This document shows, in pieces, positions 39,416-48,881 of a DNA stretch of 64,000 bases. A program made the position numbers and the translations under genes. The notes under the pieces were generated by a model. The model was not told where the DNA came from and did no database searches. It saw only the letters and a program-made list of their open reading frames with translations. The stretch comes from an uncultured Planctomycetales bacterium (GTDB lineage Bacteria > Planctomycetota > Phycisphaerae > UBA1845 > PWPN01), in the NCBI GenBank assembly GCA_964653435.1, contig CAZZFA010000003.1:9521-73520 (forward strand). Direction: 5' to 3'. How positions within the stretch are numbered: the first letter of the stretch is position 1; the number at the start of each line of letters is the position of its first letter.

Positions 39416-40156
39416 ATGGATACCGACAGCGAACGACCTGGGCCGACTCGCGGGTGGTTCATCACCGGCACGGACTACGGCGTCGGCAAGACGGTGATCG
39501 GCGGCGCGATCGCATGGCTGCTGCGCGAGGCGGGCCGGCGCGCGGGAGTGTTCAAGCCGATCGCGGTCGCCTGCCGTCGCGATGTCCGGCTGGGGCTGGT
39601 CAGCAGCGACGCGGAGTTTCTCGCCCACTGTGCCGATTCGCCGGACGACCTCGCAACGATCAACCCGGTTCGGTTTTCGCAGGAACTCGACCCGATGGTC
39701 GCGGCGGAGCGCCTGCGTCGGCCGATCGACTTCGATGCGATCCGCGGATCGTTCGAGCGCATCGCTTCGCACAGCGACGCGATGGTCGTCGAAGGCGTCG
39801 GCGGCCTGCTCACACCGCTGGACCGCAAGACGGCCGTCGCCGAGCTGGCGGTCGAGTTCGGCCTGCCGCTGGTCGTGGTCGCGCGGGCGGGGCTGGGGGC
39901 GATCGGCCAGGTGATGCTGACGGTGGAGGCGGCGCGGTCGCGCGGCCTGACTGTTGACGCGGTCGTGCTCAACCACTACGAGTCGATGCAGCCCACGCTG
40001 GCCGAGGAACTCAATCCCGAAGCGATTGCGCGGCTCGCCCGCGTGCCGATGCCGATCGTCGTGCCGTTTGATGAGCACGTGGACCCGGCGCGGGGCGTGA
40101 TGCCCGGATCGATCCTGTTTCCGCTTCGATCGTTCGTCCGCCGTGCCCTGTTGTGA
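39416..40156 (+). CDS. bioD: Dethiobiotin synthase
   Basis: WFITGTDYGVGKTVIGGAIAWLL (GTDTxVGKT P-loop), and VVEGVGGLLTPL. Start ATG 39416 within ORF 39029..40156. Confidence 0.85.
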   Translation: MDTDSERPGPTRGWFITGTDYGVGKTVIGGAIAWLLREAGRRAGVFKPIAVACRRDVRLGLVSSDAEFLAHCADSPDDLATINPVRFSQELDPMVAAERLRRPIDFDAIRGSFERIASHSDAMVVEGVGGLLTPLDRKTAVAELAVEFGLPLVVVARAGLGAIGQVMLTVEAARSRGLTVDAVVLNHYESMQPTLAEELNPEAIARLARVPMPIVVPFDEHVDPARGVMPGSILFPLRSFVRRALL

Positions 40157-40348
40157 GCGCCGCCGTCGGATCGGCTCGCAACGGCGCCCCCTGCCCGGCT
40201 CCTTCCGGTGTTCGGCCGAAGGATCGCCGCGCAGGGATCGTTCAAGGGGTGGATGTGTGAGAGTCCTGTGGCCGGATGCCGGACCGGGTCGCGCGGGGGG
40301 CGTTCCGTTGTGCGGGCGCGCCGCCGGTGCGACAATGCGCCGCCGATC

Positions 40349-40915
40349 ATGGACCAGGCAGCGACGGACGCAACGTTGATGGCCCGGGTGGCCGCGGGGG
40401 ACCGGGACGCATTTGCTGCGCTGATCGAGCGACACCGCGAATACGTGCACAAGCTCGCGTACCGGTTCGTCGGCCGGTGGGACGTGGCCGACGACCTCAC
40501 GCAGGACACCTTTCTTCGCGTCTATCGTGCGGCGGCGACGTACGAACCGACGGCGGCGTTCTCGACATGGCTCTATCGGCTCGTGCTGAACCTGTGCCGC
40601 GACTGGCGCAAGGGGCAATCGTATCGGCAACATGCGCCGCTCAGCGATGGCTTGCCCGGGGCGGACGGGGCCGCAGATGCCGTCGAGCGGCAGGAACTGG
40701 CCGAGGCGGTCCGCCGGGCGGTCGAGGCCCTGCCGGATCATCAGCGCGAGGCCCTGATCCTGCACCGGTTTGCCGGGCTTTCGCACCGGGAGATCGCGGC
40801 GGTCATGGAGAAGTCGGAATCTGCCGTAGAGTCTTACATTACAAGGGGTTACGCGAGTCTTCGTTCGATCCTGGCCGCGCAAGGCCGCTGGCGAGGTCGA
40901 TCGCAGGATGGCTGA
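40349..40915 (+). CDS. ECF-type RNA polymerase sigma factor
   Basis: LMARVAAGDRDAFAALIERHREYVHKLAYRFVGRWDVADDLTQDTFLRVY (region 2) and LPDHQREALILHRFAGLSHREIAAVMEKSESAVESYITRG (region 4). Start ATG 40349. Confidence 0.9.
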   Translation: MDQAATDATLMARVAAGDRDAFAALIERHREYVHKLAYRFVGRWDVADDLTQDTFLRVYRAAATYEPTAAFSTWLYRLVLNLCRDWRKGQSYRQHAPLSDGLPGADGAADAVERQELAEAVRRAVEALPDHQREALILHRFAGLSHREIAAVMEKSESAVESYITRGYASLRSILAAQGRWRGRSQDG

Positions 40916-40946
40916 GTCCGGGTCGTTGAATATCGGGAGACGTTTG

Positions 40947-41441
40947 ATGCAACACCTGACGGACAGTGAGGTGATTCGGCTCGTTGCGGGCGAGTTGTCG
41001 CCGGCGCAGGCCGCTGCGGCTCGCGCTCATGTGGGGTCGTGCGGGGAGTGTGCCGCCCGGGTGCGCGAGCAGGAATCGCTCTGGGCGCTGCTGGGTACGT
41101 GGGATGCGACGCGGGCAGTGCCGGACCTGACTGCCGAAGTGCTGGCGCGGCTCGAGGAAGAACCGGCGGAGCGGTCGCGGGTGCTGACGTACTTCGCCGG
41201 GTGGCGGGCGCGGTGGGCGCAGGTCGGCCGCATCGCGGCGGCGATGCTGATCGCGGCGGGTGCGGGGCATGCCGTGGGGCGATGGAAGGCTCCGCGTGGG
41301 GGGGCGGACGCGAACGTGCCCGTCGCCGTTCTCGCTGCGGACGTCGTGGAGTCGGTGGGGCTGGATGCGTTCGCGCTGGCGCCGGCGGGGCTTGGTGATC
41401 TGCTCGATGATCAGCCCGACCAGGCGGAGAGGGTACAGTGA
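40947..41441 (+). CDS. Anti-sigma factor, zf-HC2 type
   Basis: N-terminal HVGSCGECAARV (H-x3-C-x2-C), one TM (IAAAMLIAAGAGHAVG), and a position immediately after the sigma gene. The start is ATG 40947 or ORF-track 40908. Confidence 0.8.
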   Translation: MQHLTDSEVIRLVAGELSPAQAAAARAHVGSCGECAARVREQESLWALLGTWDATRAVPDLTAEVLARLEEEPAERSRVLTYFAGWRARWAQVGRIAAAMLIAAGAGHAVGRWKAPRGGADANVPVAVLAADVVESVGLDAFALAPAGLGDLLDDQPDQAERVQ

Positions 41442-42028
41442 TGATTGCCAAAGCGGGCATCGGGATCGGGCTGGTTGCCCTTCTGGTCGGCGTGGGGTCG
41501 TATGTGGCGACGGTCTCACGCGCCGCGCGCACCGACACACGGCCGGCGGCGGAGTGTCCGCGGGGGCTGGCTCGCTGGCTTTCGCTGACGCCCGAGCAGC
41601 AGCGCAAGGTGGAAGCGGCCGATCCGACATTTGCCGCCGAAAGCCGCACGCTGCGCGACGAATCGGACGCGGCACGGGCGGCCTTGGCCGAGACACTGAC
41701 GAGGGACTCGGCCTCGGATGCGGATGTGCTGGCGGCAACCGAGCGCGCGATCGAAGCGCACGCTCGGCTGGAGCGGCGCGTGGCCAGGTACCTGCTGAAC
41801 GTGCGGACGATCCTGACGCCGGAGCAGCGGCGGAGGTTGTTCGAATTGTCGGCGGAGCAGGTTCGTCAGGGTTGCTGTCGGGGACGGGGTTTCGGCGGTC
41901 CGCCGGAAGGGCGGGGGGGACCGGACCGCGGACGGGGTCACGAGTCCGGTGCGGGCGAGCCGGGTGGCGGCCGGCGGGGCAGCCACGGGCAGGGCCCGCC
42001 ATGGCGTGAGAAGGACACACGGAGATAA
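41438..42028 (+). CDS. Periplasmic Spy/CpxP/ZraP-family (LTXXQ) protein
   Basis: It overlaps the anti-sigma stop (GTGATG). It has an N-terminal TM/signal and two LTXXQ motifs (LSLTPEQQRKV, ILTPEQRRRLFEL). Confidence 0.8.
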   Translation: MMIAKAGIGIGLVALLVGVGSYVATVSRAARTDTRPAAECPRGLARWLSLTPEQQRKVEAADPTFAAESRTLRDESDAARAALAETLTRDSASDADVLAATERAIEAHARLERRVARYLLNVRTILTPEQRRRLFELSAEQVRQGCCRGRGFGGPPEGRGGPDRGRGHESGAGEPGGGRRGSHGQGPPWREKDTRR

Positions 42029-42030
42029 TC

Positions 42031-42657
42031 ATGAGCAGCAGAGGACTGATGATTGCGGTGGCCGGTGTGCTCGCGGCGGCCGAACTTGCCGCGGCGCAGG
42101 GCTTCGGCGGCGGGATACGCGAACGGCGGCGCGACGGGTCGTGCGTCGCCGAAGGGCAGGGCCCGCCGTGGTGCGTCATGAACGCCCCCGATGCGAAGCC
42201 CGAATCACGGCGGGATCAGGACATCGACAAGCCGCGAGACACGGGCAAGGCAGGGGAGCGCGAGCGGGTATCCCGGCCGGGGGCCGGGCCGCAGCGGCCG
42301 GGGAGTCCACGGGCCTATGAGCCGGGGATGGGCCGCGGGCAGGGGCGTTGGCCGTCAAGGCCGTTCGCTTCACCGAGAGACGGTGGTTGGGGCCGGCGTG
42401 GCGGTCGCGGCGTATGGGCCGACCGCGGGCCGGATCGCTGGGCGCCGCACGCCCGTGGCTTCGGCCGGTGGGACGGCTGGGGCTGCGGCGGCAGGGCCTA
42501 CGGGTACGGTTGGCGGGCCGAGGCAGGTCTGTGCCGGGCGGGTCGGGGCGCGGGCGCTGGCTGGCGGGCACAGGCGCGGCCGTGCTGCCCGTGCTGCGGG
42601 TACGGCGGGCCGGGGATGGGCCCCCGCGTGGGTCGTGGCTGTCGGGGCGGCTGGTAG
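42031..42657 (+). CDS. Secreted Gly/Arg/Trp/Cys-rich low-complexity protein
   Basis: Starts 3 nt after the preceding stop. Signal peptide MSSRGLMIAVAGVLAAAELAAAQG. The remainder is dominated by G, R, W and P, with GRWDGWGCGGRAYGYGWR and CCPCCGYGGPGMGP. High GC3 supports coding. Confidence 0.55.
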   Translation: MSSRGLMIAVAGVLAAAELAAAQGFGGGIRERRRDGSCVAEGQGPPWCVMNAPDAKPESRRDQDIDKPRDTGKAGERERVSRPGAGPQRPGSPRAYEPGMGRGQGRWPSRPFASPRDGGWGRRGGRGVWADRGPDRWAPHARGFGRWDGWGCGGRAYGYGWRAEAGLCRAGRGAGAGWRAQARPCCPCCGYGGPGMGPRVGRGCRGGW

Positions 42658-42723
42658 CCGAATCGGCATGCAACGGCATGCCTCAGTTGACTTCTTGGCT
42701 TCCCGGCCGTGTGGCTTGGCCGT

Positions 42724-43962
42724 TCATTCCCGCGAAGGCTTCTCCAGGCGCTGGTAATTGACCGCCTCGCCGCGGTCGATCTCGAAGCCTTCGAGACCCT
42801 GGATCCACTGCTGGACGTCGGCCGGGTCGAGCCGGCAGTAGACGGCGGGGCGGACGAACTCCGGATCGCCGCTTGTCCATCGCCGCTCGTTCGGGTCCTC
42901 GCGGATCTGCATGGCCAGCGGCGCCGCCGGGTAGATGCGGAATCGCGTGGTGATTCCGACGTGGTCGGGCCGTGCCCGGTCGAAGGCGGCGATCATCAGT
43001 TTGGCCGTATCGAGCGATTCGCCGGGCAGGCCGCAGGAGAGATCGACGGCCACCTTGAGCCCCTCGTTCTTGAGCAGCCGTACGCAGCGGGTTGCGCCGT
43101 CGGGGTCGTCGGTGGCGCTGTTGATCGTGACTGTAGCGAGTTCGCAGCCGCTGCGCCGCAGGGCTTCGGCGAGCGCGGCATCCATCGGTTTATAACGCAG
43201 ATAGGTCATCCAGGAGGCGCCGGTCGTGGTCAGCGCCTGGCAGAGTGCGAGGGCGTGGGGATAGGAAACGTTCATCTCCGCGTCGCACAGGTGCATCCGC
43301 TTCCAGCCCTTCGAGACGAGCAGGCGGACCTCGGCGGCGACGGCGGCCGGGTCCCGTGTGAGAAGCGTCGTGCGGGCCTCGATGCAGAACGGGCACCTGG
43401 ATCGGCATCCGTAGGACGACGTGAACCCCGCGACGCCGCCGGCGGCGTAATAGGCGGAGTAATCCACATCGACGCCGCGATCCGGCACGACGGTAGCGTC
43501 GATCAAGGTGTTGAAGCCGTTGACGACCTGGGGCAGGCGGGCGCCGGCTGCCATGGCCTCGAGGATACGAAGCGAGGCGCTCTCCGCCGGCCCGACGACG
43601 CCCGTGTCCGCGCCGAGGTACTGCACGATTTCTCTCGGCATCGCGGGCATCCCCGCGCCGCCGACGACGAGGGGCACGCCTGCCGCCGTGATGCGCCGGG
43701 CGAACTCGCGATGCTCATCGAGGAAGAAGTGCTGTGCGGCGTTGATGACGCTGTCCACGTTGCGGATGCTCAGGAATGCGACGTCGGGCCGGAAGTCGGC
43801 GAGGAAGGCGTCCAGGCGCCGGGCGGCGTCGTCGGCGAAGCAGAGGTCCAGCAGGGCAACGTCGTATCGGGCGGTGCGGAGGGCGTGCGCGACGTATTCC
43901 AGGCCGATCGGGATGACCGGCGGGTTGCGCAGGCGGTTGGGGTTGATCAGTGCGACCTTCAC
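42724..43962 (-). CDS. B12-binding-domain radical SAM protein
   Basis: GTG start 43962 gives VKVALINPN...PIGLEYVAHAL (B12-binding-like N domain). Radical-SAM cluster motif YGCRSRCPFC (CxxxCxxC). ORF-track start 44202 rejected. Confidence 0.8.
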   Translation of the reverse strand: MKVALINPNRLRNPPVIPIGLEYVAHALRTARYDVALLDLCFADDAARRLDAFLADFRPDVAFLSIRNVDSVINAAQHFFLDEHREFARRITAAGVPLVVGGAGMPAMPREIVQYLGADTGVVGPAESASLRILEAMAAGARLPQVVNGFNTLIDATVVPDRGVDVDYSAYYAAGGVAGFTSSYGCRSRCPFCIEARTTLLTRDPAAVAAEVRLLVSKGWKRMHLCDAEMNVSYPHALALCQALTTTGASWMTYLRYKPMDAALAEALRRSGCELATVTINSATDDPDGATRCVRLLKNEGLKVAVDLSCGLPGESLDTAKLMIAAFDRARPDHVGITTRFRIYPAAPLAMQIREDPNERRWTSGDPEFVRPAVYCRLDPADVQQWIQGLEGFEIDRGEAVNYQRLEKPSRE

Positions 43963-44168
43963 GAAAAGTATGCTTCGCCTTTCTGTTCGCAGGGTACGCG
44001 AAGTCCGCGCGAGTCTGCAACCTGGCCGCGGCGCGGGGGCGGCGGGTTTCGGCACGCGGCTGACGGAGAGCCGTAACCGGATCGTTGTCCGTCGGGTCGG
44101 ACGCCCGGGCGGGCCGTGGGTTTTGACCGGCGGAGACCGGCCCGATAGAGTCCCGTCGTGCGCACCGC

Positions 44169-44996
44169 GTGATGCCGGGAAGTCTGATGACCGCCTTTTC
44201 ACTGGATCTGCTCTGGCTGGTGCCCGTCGGGCTGGTTGCCGGCGGCCTGGGGGGGATGCTGGGCATCGGCGGGAGTATCCTGATGATCCCGGCGATGATG
44301 CTCCTGTACGGGCCGGACCTGCACGTCTACCAGGGCGCGGCGATGATCGTGAACTTTTTCGTGGTCGTGCCCGCGACGCTGCATCACATCCGGCATGGCG
44401 CGGTGATGCCGGAGATCGTGCGGGTCACCATTCCCACGGCGGCGGCGACGGTGCTGCTGGGGGTGTGGGTCAGCGAGAGCGCCTGGTTCCGGGGGCCGAA
44501 CGAGATCCACCTCTCGCGGCTGTTCGGGGCGTTTCTCTGGTACGAGGCGGCGTTCAATCTCCGGCGGGCAATCGTGCCGGCCGGGCGATGGACACGCGAG
44601 CCGGGGCCGGCCGGTCCGCCCGCCGCGTGGCGAGTCGCGGCGCTGGTGGGCCTGCCGACGGGCTTTGTCGGGGGGCTGCTCGGGGTCGGCGGCGGAATCC
44701 TGGCGGTGCCGACACAACAGCTCTTCCTGCGGGTGCCCGTCCGCCATGCCATCGCCAACTCGGCGGCTACGATCATCTGCCTCAGCGCGATCGGCGCCGT
44801 CTTCAAGAACATCATGCTCGCACGGCAGGGGATGTCGCCCGCCCGGACGCTGGTGCTGGCGGGCCTGCTGATTCCGACGGCGATGATCGGCGGCTACCTC
44901 GGGGCCTGGCTCACGCACAGAATGCCGCTGCGGTTTCTGCGACTGTGCCTGGTGGGGTTGATGGCGTACGCGGGATGGAAGCTGATCGCCCGCTGA
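44169..44996 (+). CDS. TauE/SafE-family (sulfite exporter-like) membrane protein
   Basis: Polytopic protein with duplicated glycine-rich motifs GGLGGMLGIGGSILMIP and GGLLGVGGGILAVP. Confidence 0.85.
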   Translation: MMPGSLMTAFSLDLLWLVPVGLVAGGLGGMLGIGGSILMIPAMMLLYGPDLHVYQGAAMIVNFFVVVPATLHHIRHGAVMPEIVRVTIPTAAATVLLGVWVSESAWFRGPNEIHLSRLFGAFLWYEAAFNLRRAIVPAGRWTREPGPAGPPAAWRVAALVGLPTGFVGGLLGVGGGILAVPTQQLFLRVPVRHAIANSAATIICLSAIGAVFKNIMLARQGMSPARTLVLAGLLIPTAMIGGYLGAWLTHRMPLRFLRLCLVGLMAYAGWKLIAR

Positions 44997-45198
44997 GCCG
45001 GTCCGCCTCGGGCGTGCGGCGTGAGTTCCTCGCGGAGCGCAACAATTGCGCGGCATCCGCGGGCACTGCGTATCCGGTCTCCCAGGTCGGCATTCTTGGC
45101 GTCAAGCCTGCGGCAGACTCCGGCCGATATCGCATCCATGAGCGGCCGCGGGGGTCGTCATCCGGCGGCCCTGTTTGCCCGGCGAAGGAGTCGCGCCA

Positions 45199-45441
45199 AT
45201 GGTTTTCAATCGCATGGGACGGTGGGGGCAACGGGTGATCCTGACGCTGGCGGCGGCATCGATCGGGACGACGTTCGAGAGCTGCACGTCGGAAGATGCG
45301 TGGCGGATCTTTCGGGACTCGGCCAGCCCGTCGATCGGCGAGGGGATCAAGACGGTCTTCGGGGGCGTGGTGGACGGGATCGTTGCCGTGGTGGATCCGT
45401 CGGGCCACTCCGGCAGCTCGAGTTCGTCGGGCTCGAAGTAG
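45199..45441 (+). CDS. Hypothetical small secreted protein or lipoprotein
   Basis: MVFNRMGRWGQRVILTLAAASIGTTFESC (signal with Cys), strongly GC3-biased codons, and a Ser-rich tail. No family recognised. Confidence 0.45.
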   Translation: MVFNRMGRWGQRVILTLAAASIGTTFESCTSEDAWRIFRDSASPSIGEGIKTVFGGVVDGIVAVVDPSGHSGSSSSSGSK

Positions 45442-45522
45442 GTCCGCTTCACACCGGCTGCGCCCGTTTTCGGGCGGGGGCGATTTCGCCGAATCTCTCC
45501 GTGCGGCAAAAACGCGCAAGAC

Positions 45523-46152
45523 CTACCCCTGGCAGCGCAAAGGCTGCGCGGCGGTCTCGCGGCGGAATTCGTATTCGTGGCGGTCGATGGACATGTAGAG
45601 CATCCGGTACTGGCCCGCGCGGGTGGCGAAGCGGCGGAAGACCTCGCCGTGCTCCGAAAACCCGGCCCTCCGGTAGCAGCGGATCGCGCCGAAGTTGTCG
45701 GGGAAGACGACGAGGCTGACCGTGTGGGCGTTGCGTCGGCAGAACGCTTCGTCCAGCACCAGATCGATCATGCGGAGGCCGACGCCCTTGCCGCGCCGGT
45801 GCGGGGCTACCAGACAATGCCCGAGCCACCACTGCGCCCTGCCGGTCGGCAGCCGGTTGAGTTCGACATAGCCGCACGGGTCCGTTTCTCCGCCGTCGAA
45901 GTACAGCATGGGGTATCCGTCCTCGCGCTGCCAGCCAATGACCTTTCGCGCACTCAACGGCGGGAAGGTTCGCGGGGCCAGCGCAAAGAGTTCGTCGTCC
46001 GACTGCACCCACCGGGCCACCCGCTTGGCGTGCGCGGGGTCGAACGGCGCAAGGCCGGGGCGGGCGCACCCCGGAGACGCCTGGTACGCGGGCGCGCACC
46101 CCGGTGCGCAGGCACCCACCCTGCGGGCTCTGAACCATGCGATCAGCGACAT
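45523..46152 (-). CDS. GNAT-family N-acetyltransferase
   Basis: Acetyl-CoA binding motif VAPHRRGKGVGLRMIDLVLDEAF, and a C-terminal NFGAIRCYRRAGF. Start ATG 46152 within ORF 45523..46413. Confidence 0.8.
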   Translation of the reverse strand: MSLIAWFRARRVGACAPGCAPAYQASPGCARPGLAPFDPAHAKRVARWVQSDDELFALAPRTFPPLSARKVIGWQREDGYPMLYFDGGETDPCGYVELNRLPTGRAQWWLGHCLVAPHRRGKGVGLRMIDLVLDEAFCRRNAHTVSLVVFPDNFGAIRCYRRAGFSEHGEVFRRFATRAGQYRMLYMSIDRHEYEFRRETAAQPLRCQG

Positions 46153-46200
46153 CGGCGTATATGATATCGGAAGGAACGGTGCTGCGTACAGAGGCGAAGA

Positions 46201-46875
46201 ATGGCGACGGACGAGTTTGCGGCATATCCGGTACGCCGGGAGAGCTGGACGGTTGCGGGGGAGCGGTTCGACCTCATCTGGCCGGCGGACATGGATGCGC
46301 TGCTCGACGATCCTCGTACGCGGGAGCGATTTGCCCGCGAGGAGTACATGCCGTACTGGGCGGTGCCGTGGCCCAGTGCCATGCTTCTGGCGGAATACGT
46401 GTTGACCCGGCACCGCGGGTGCGGGGGGCGGGCGATTGAGCTCGGATGTGGCGTGGGGCTGGTCTCGGTGGCGGCGGCACGGGCCGGCTGGAGCGTCACC
46501 GCGACGGACTGGGACGCCGATGCGCTGAAGTTCGCGGCGGAGAATGCGCGGGCGAACGGCGTATCGCTGGCCGGCACCGCGGTGCTGAACTGGTATGAGC
46601 CGTACGGCGGCCCGCCCTTTGAGCTGATTCTGGCCAGCGATGTGTTGTATGAACGGCGGAATGTCGGACCACTGGCGCGGTGGATTCGTGCAGCGCTGGC
46701 GGACGGCGGGACGGCGCTCGTGTCCGACTCAAATCGCAGCTCGGCGGACGGCTTTGCGGCGGCGGCCGGGGAGGCGGGACTGAGCGTCGAGAAGTTGGCG
46801 CGCGAGATCACGCCGCCGTACGGGCTGTTGATCCGCGGGACAATCTATCGGCTTCGAAGGCCCGTAATCCCGTGA
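46201..46875 (+). CDS. Class I SAM-dependent methyltransferase (Methyltransf_16/lysine-MTase-like)
   Basis: YWAVPWPSAMLLAEY..., and SAM motif AIELGCGVGLVSVAAARAG..VTATDWD. Confidence 0.75.
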   Translation: MATDEFAAYPVRRESWTVAGERFDLIWPADMDALLDDPRTRERFAREEYMPYWAVPWPSAMLLAEYVLTRHRGCGGRAIELGCGVGLVSVAAARAGWSVTATDWDADALKFAAENARANGVSLAGTAVLNWYEPYGGPPFELILASDVLYERRNVGPLARWIRAALADGGTALVSDSNRSSADGFAAAAGEAGLSVEKLAREITPPYGLLIRGTIYRLRRPVIP

Positions 46876-47100
46876 AACGCTGTCTCCCGGGAGACGAAAA
46901 GCGGGACAGAGACGACAAGCGCGCGACAGGTTCATTATCGACGATTCGCGAGACCGTGGTAACGCGCCGCGGATGCGCCCCGATCGGCGTGCAGCGGTTG
47001 CTCGTCACGGGCCGAACGCCCCGAGCGGTCTACAACCTTACAGGGTCACGCTCGGACGGGCCCCGGCCGTGCAGCAAGCACAGGCACCTCACCCGGCACG

Positions 47101-48723
47101 CTATGGGCGGAACTGGAACGCATACACGTCCGTATCGCGAAATACGATGCGGAGGCGCACCGGCTTGCCCGCGAGGGCGGAGAGGTCGGTCTTGCCGTTC
47201 CAGCTTACCCGCCGGTCAAGCTCGTTCGTCGTGTGGATGAGGTCGCACTGATCGAGCCGGTAGCCTTCGATCGGCCCGCCCTGCTCGTTGAGCAGCTCGC
47301 AGCGGAGCAGACCGGCGGCGGAGGTGTCCACGTTCAGGACCAGCTCACGGCCGGCGAACCTGAGCGGCGGTGTGGTGAACTCGCCGCCCGCATAGGCGGC
47401 GCGGGCGGAGACGAAGCCGTCGCGGCGCGAAACGAGGCGACTGATGATGCTCGTGTTCGCCGTCGGTGCCAGGCCCGCGGCGGTCAGCAGCCGTCTGCTC
47501 CGCTCGGCGCGGGCGCGTTCGTTCGGCGGCTGGCCCGGATGGTCCTCGGCCCAGCCGTGCAGCACGTCGCTGCCGAGGTAATACAGGTACATCTCCCGGC
47601 CGTCGACGGAGGGGACCAGCCCGTAGAACACGCGGGCGCATTTGCTGTCGAAGTCGCCCTTCATGCCGAGGCGGACGAACGGGCGGCGGTCGAAGCGGTT
47701 CCACGCGATACCGTCGCGGCTGGCGGCGAAGCGGGTGTCCAGCGGGCCGGAGTTGGCGGGGCAGTCCTTGGGAAACTCGGCCAGGTAGCGCGGGGTGTAG
47801 TGGAAGTACGCCTGCGGGAACATGTAGTAGGCGTCCTGCGCCCAGGGATACTTGATGACGCCGCTTGTGTAATAGTCCATCACGTTGGCGTCGCCCAGTT
47901 TCGCGTCCTGCTCGTCCGGGCCGAGGATGATCGGCGCGTCCTGGGCCTCCGCGAAGCCGCCGAGGTGGTCCGACTCGCTGCGGGCCACCGTTCGCAGCCG
48001 CGGCCCCGTCTTCCTGATATTGCGCCGCATGTACGCCACGTACTTGCCAATGCGGTCGTCCCAGAAGATCACGTTCTGCGAGTCGAGGTGATTGGGCTTC
48101 TGCGGGGCCGTGAAGGTCAACACGTGCTCGTGCGTGAGCTTCCAGTGGATGCCGTCGGGCGAGGAGAAGACCACCGTGTCCTTCAATTCATCGGAGATCC
48201 GCACGGCGTAGCGGAATCGCTGATCCTCCGGGGCGGTCGGGTCGATGAAGACCATCCCTTCCGAGCCGCATTTGTCGAGGCCCGCGGCCCCGCCGCCAAT
48301 GACGATGTTGTTGTCGCGGCTGCCCTTGTACTCGGCGAGGCCGAGGCTGGGTTTCTCCCAGTGAATGCCGTCTTTCGATCGCGCGTAGCAGATCCCGGGA
48401 CTTGCGGGATACCAGAGGTGATAGACTTCACCGACCTTGTGCACGCAGCAGTAGACGCCGATGTGGCCGCCTTCCCACGGACGGTCGGCCACGAGGGTGT
48501 GCTCGCCCGTCTTTCGCGGCGGATGGACGACGAGTTCGACGTCGTGCGAGGCGGCGAAGAATCGCTCGTCGATGAAGACCTGCCGCCGGTCACCGATATC
48601 CAGGACGGCGTCCGCGTCGCTCGGGCGGGTGGCCGTCGCGGCCAGGCCGGCCGATGCAATCTGCGAGAAGACGATAAACGCACAACCCACGTGATTCGAT
48701 CGCTGGTGGAGGCCTCGAAACAT
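47101..48723 (-). CDS. Secreted hypothetical protein, probably beta-propeller glycoside-hydrolase-like
   Basis: Signal peptide after ATG 48723 (MFRGLHQRSNHVGCAFIVFSQIASAGLAA). The pattern FIDERFF...PWEGGHIGVYCCVHKVGEVYHLWY...SKDGIHWEKP...SSPDGIHWK recalls GH32/43/sialidase-like propellers. Family not verified. Confidence 0.7.
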   Translation of the reverse strand: MFRGLHQRSNHVGCAFIVFSQIASAGLAATATRPSDADAVLDIGDRRQVFIDERFFAASHDVELVVHPPRKTGEHTLVADRPWEGGHIGVYCCVHKVGEVYHLWYPASPGICYARSKDGIHWEKPSLGLAEYKGSRDNNIVIGGGAAGLDKCGSEGMVFIDPTAPEDQRFRYAVRISDELKDTVVFSSPDGIHWKLTHEHVLTFTAPQKPNHLDSQNVIFWDDRIGKYVAYMRRNIRKTGPRLRTVARSESDHLGGFAEAQDAPIILGPDEQDAKLGDANVMDYYTSGVIKYPWAQDAYYMFPQAYFHYTPRYLAEFPKDCPANSGPLDTRFAASRDGIAWNRFDRRPFVRLGMKGDFDSKCARVFYGLVPSVDGREMYLYYLGSDVLHGWAEDHPGQPPNERARAERSRRLLTAAGLAPTANTSIISRLVSRRDGFVSARAAYAGGEFTTPPLRFAGRELVLNVDTSAAGLLRCELLNEQGGPIEGYRLDQCDLIHTTNELDRRVSWNGKTDLSALAGKPVRLRIVFRDTDVYAFQFRP

Positions 48724-48881
48724 GAACGGTTTTTCCCTCTGAAGACGTCCAGGTCCGGCGCATGGCACACGATGTGCCCGCAGCCCGGCCCGTTTCCGAC
48801 GCGGCATGCTACCCCGGAGACGGCTCGCCGCCAAACGGGCCGCGCCGTCTCTGCCGCCGGGCGACGCCGCTGATCGGGGCG

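Noticed and set aside
42724-44996. A divergent B12-binding radical SAM gene and TauE/SafE exporter gene, considered as a possible functional pair or biosynthetic system.
   Set aside because: There are only two genes, divergently transcribed, with no precursor peptide, additional tailoring enzymes or other evidence of linkage visible in the sequence.
46876-46900. A perfect 14-bp palindrome, GTCTCCCGGGAGAC, just after the methyltransferase stop. The duplicated GAAGTCGGGCTC at 52300-52345 is a similar case. Both were considered as terminators or operators.
   Set aside because: They are short, have no following T-run, and have no second copy or other context to support a function. Palindromes of this size are common in GC-rich DNA.
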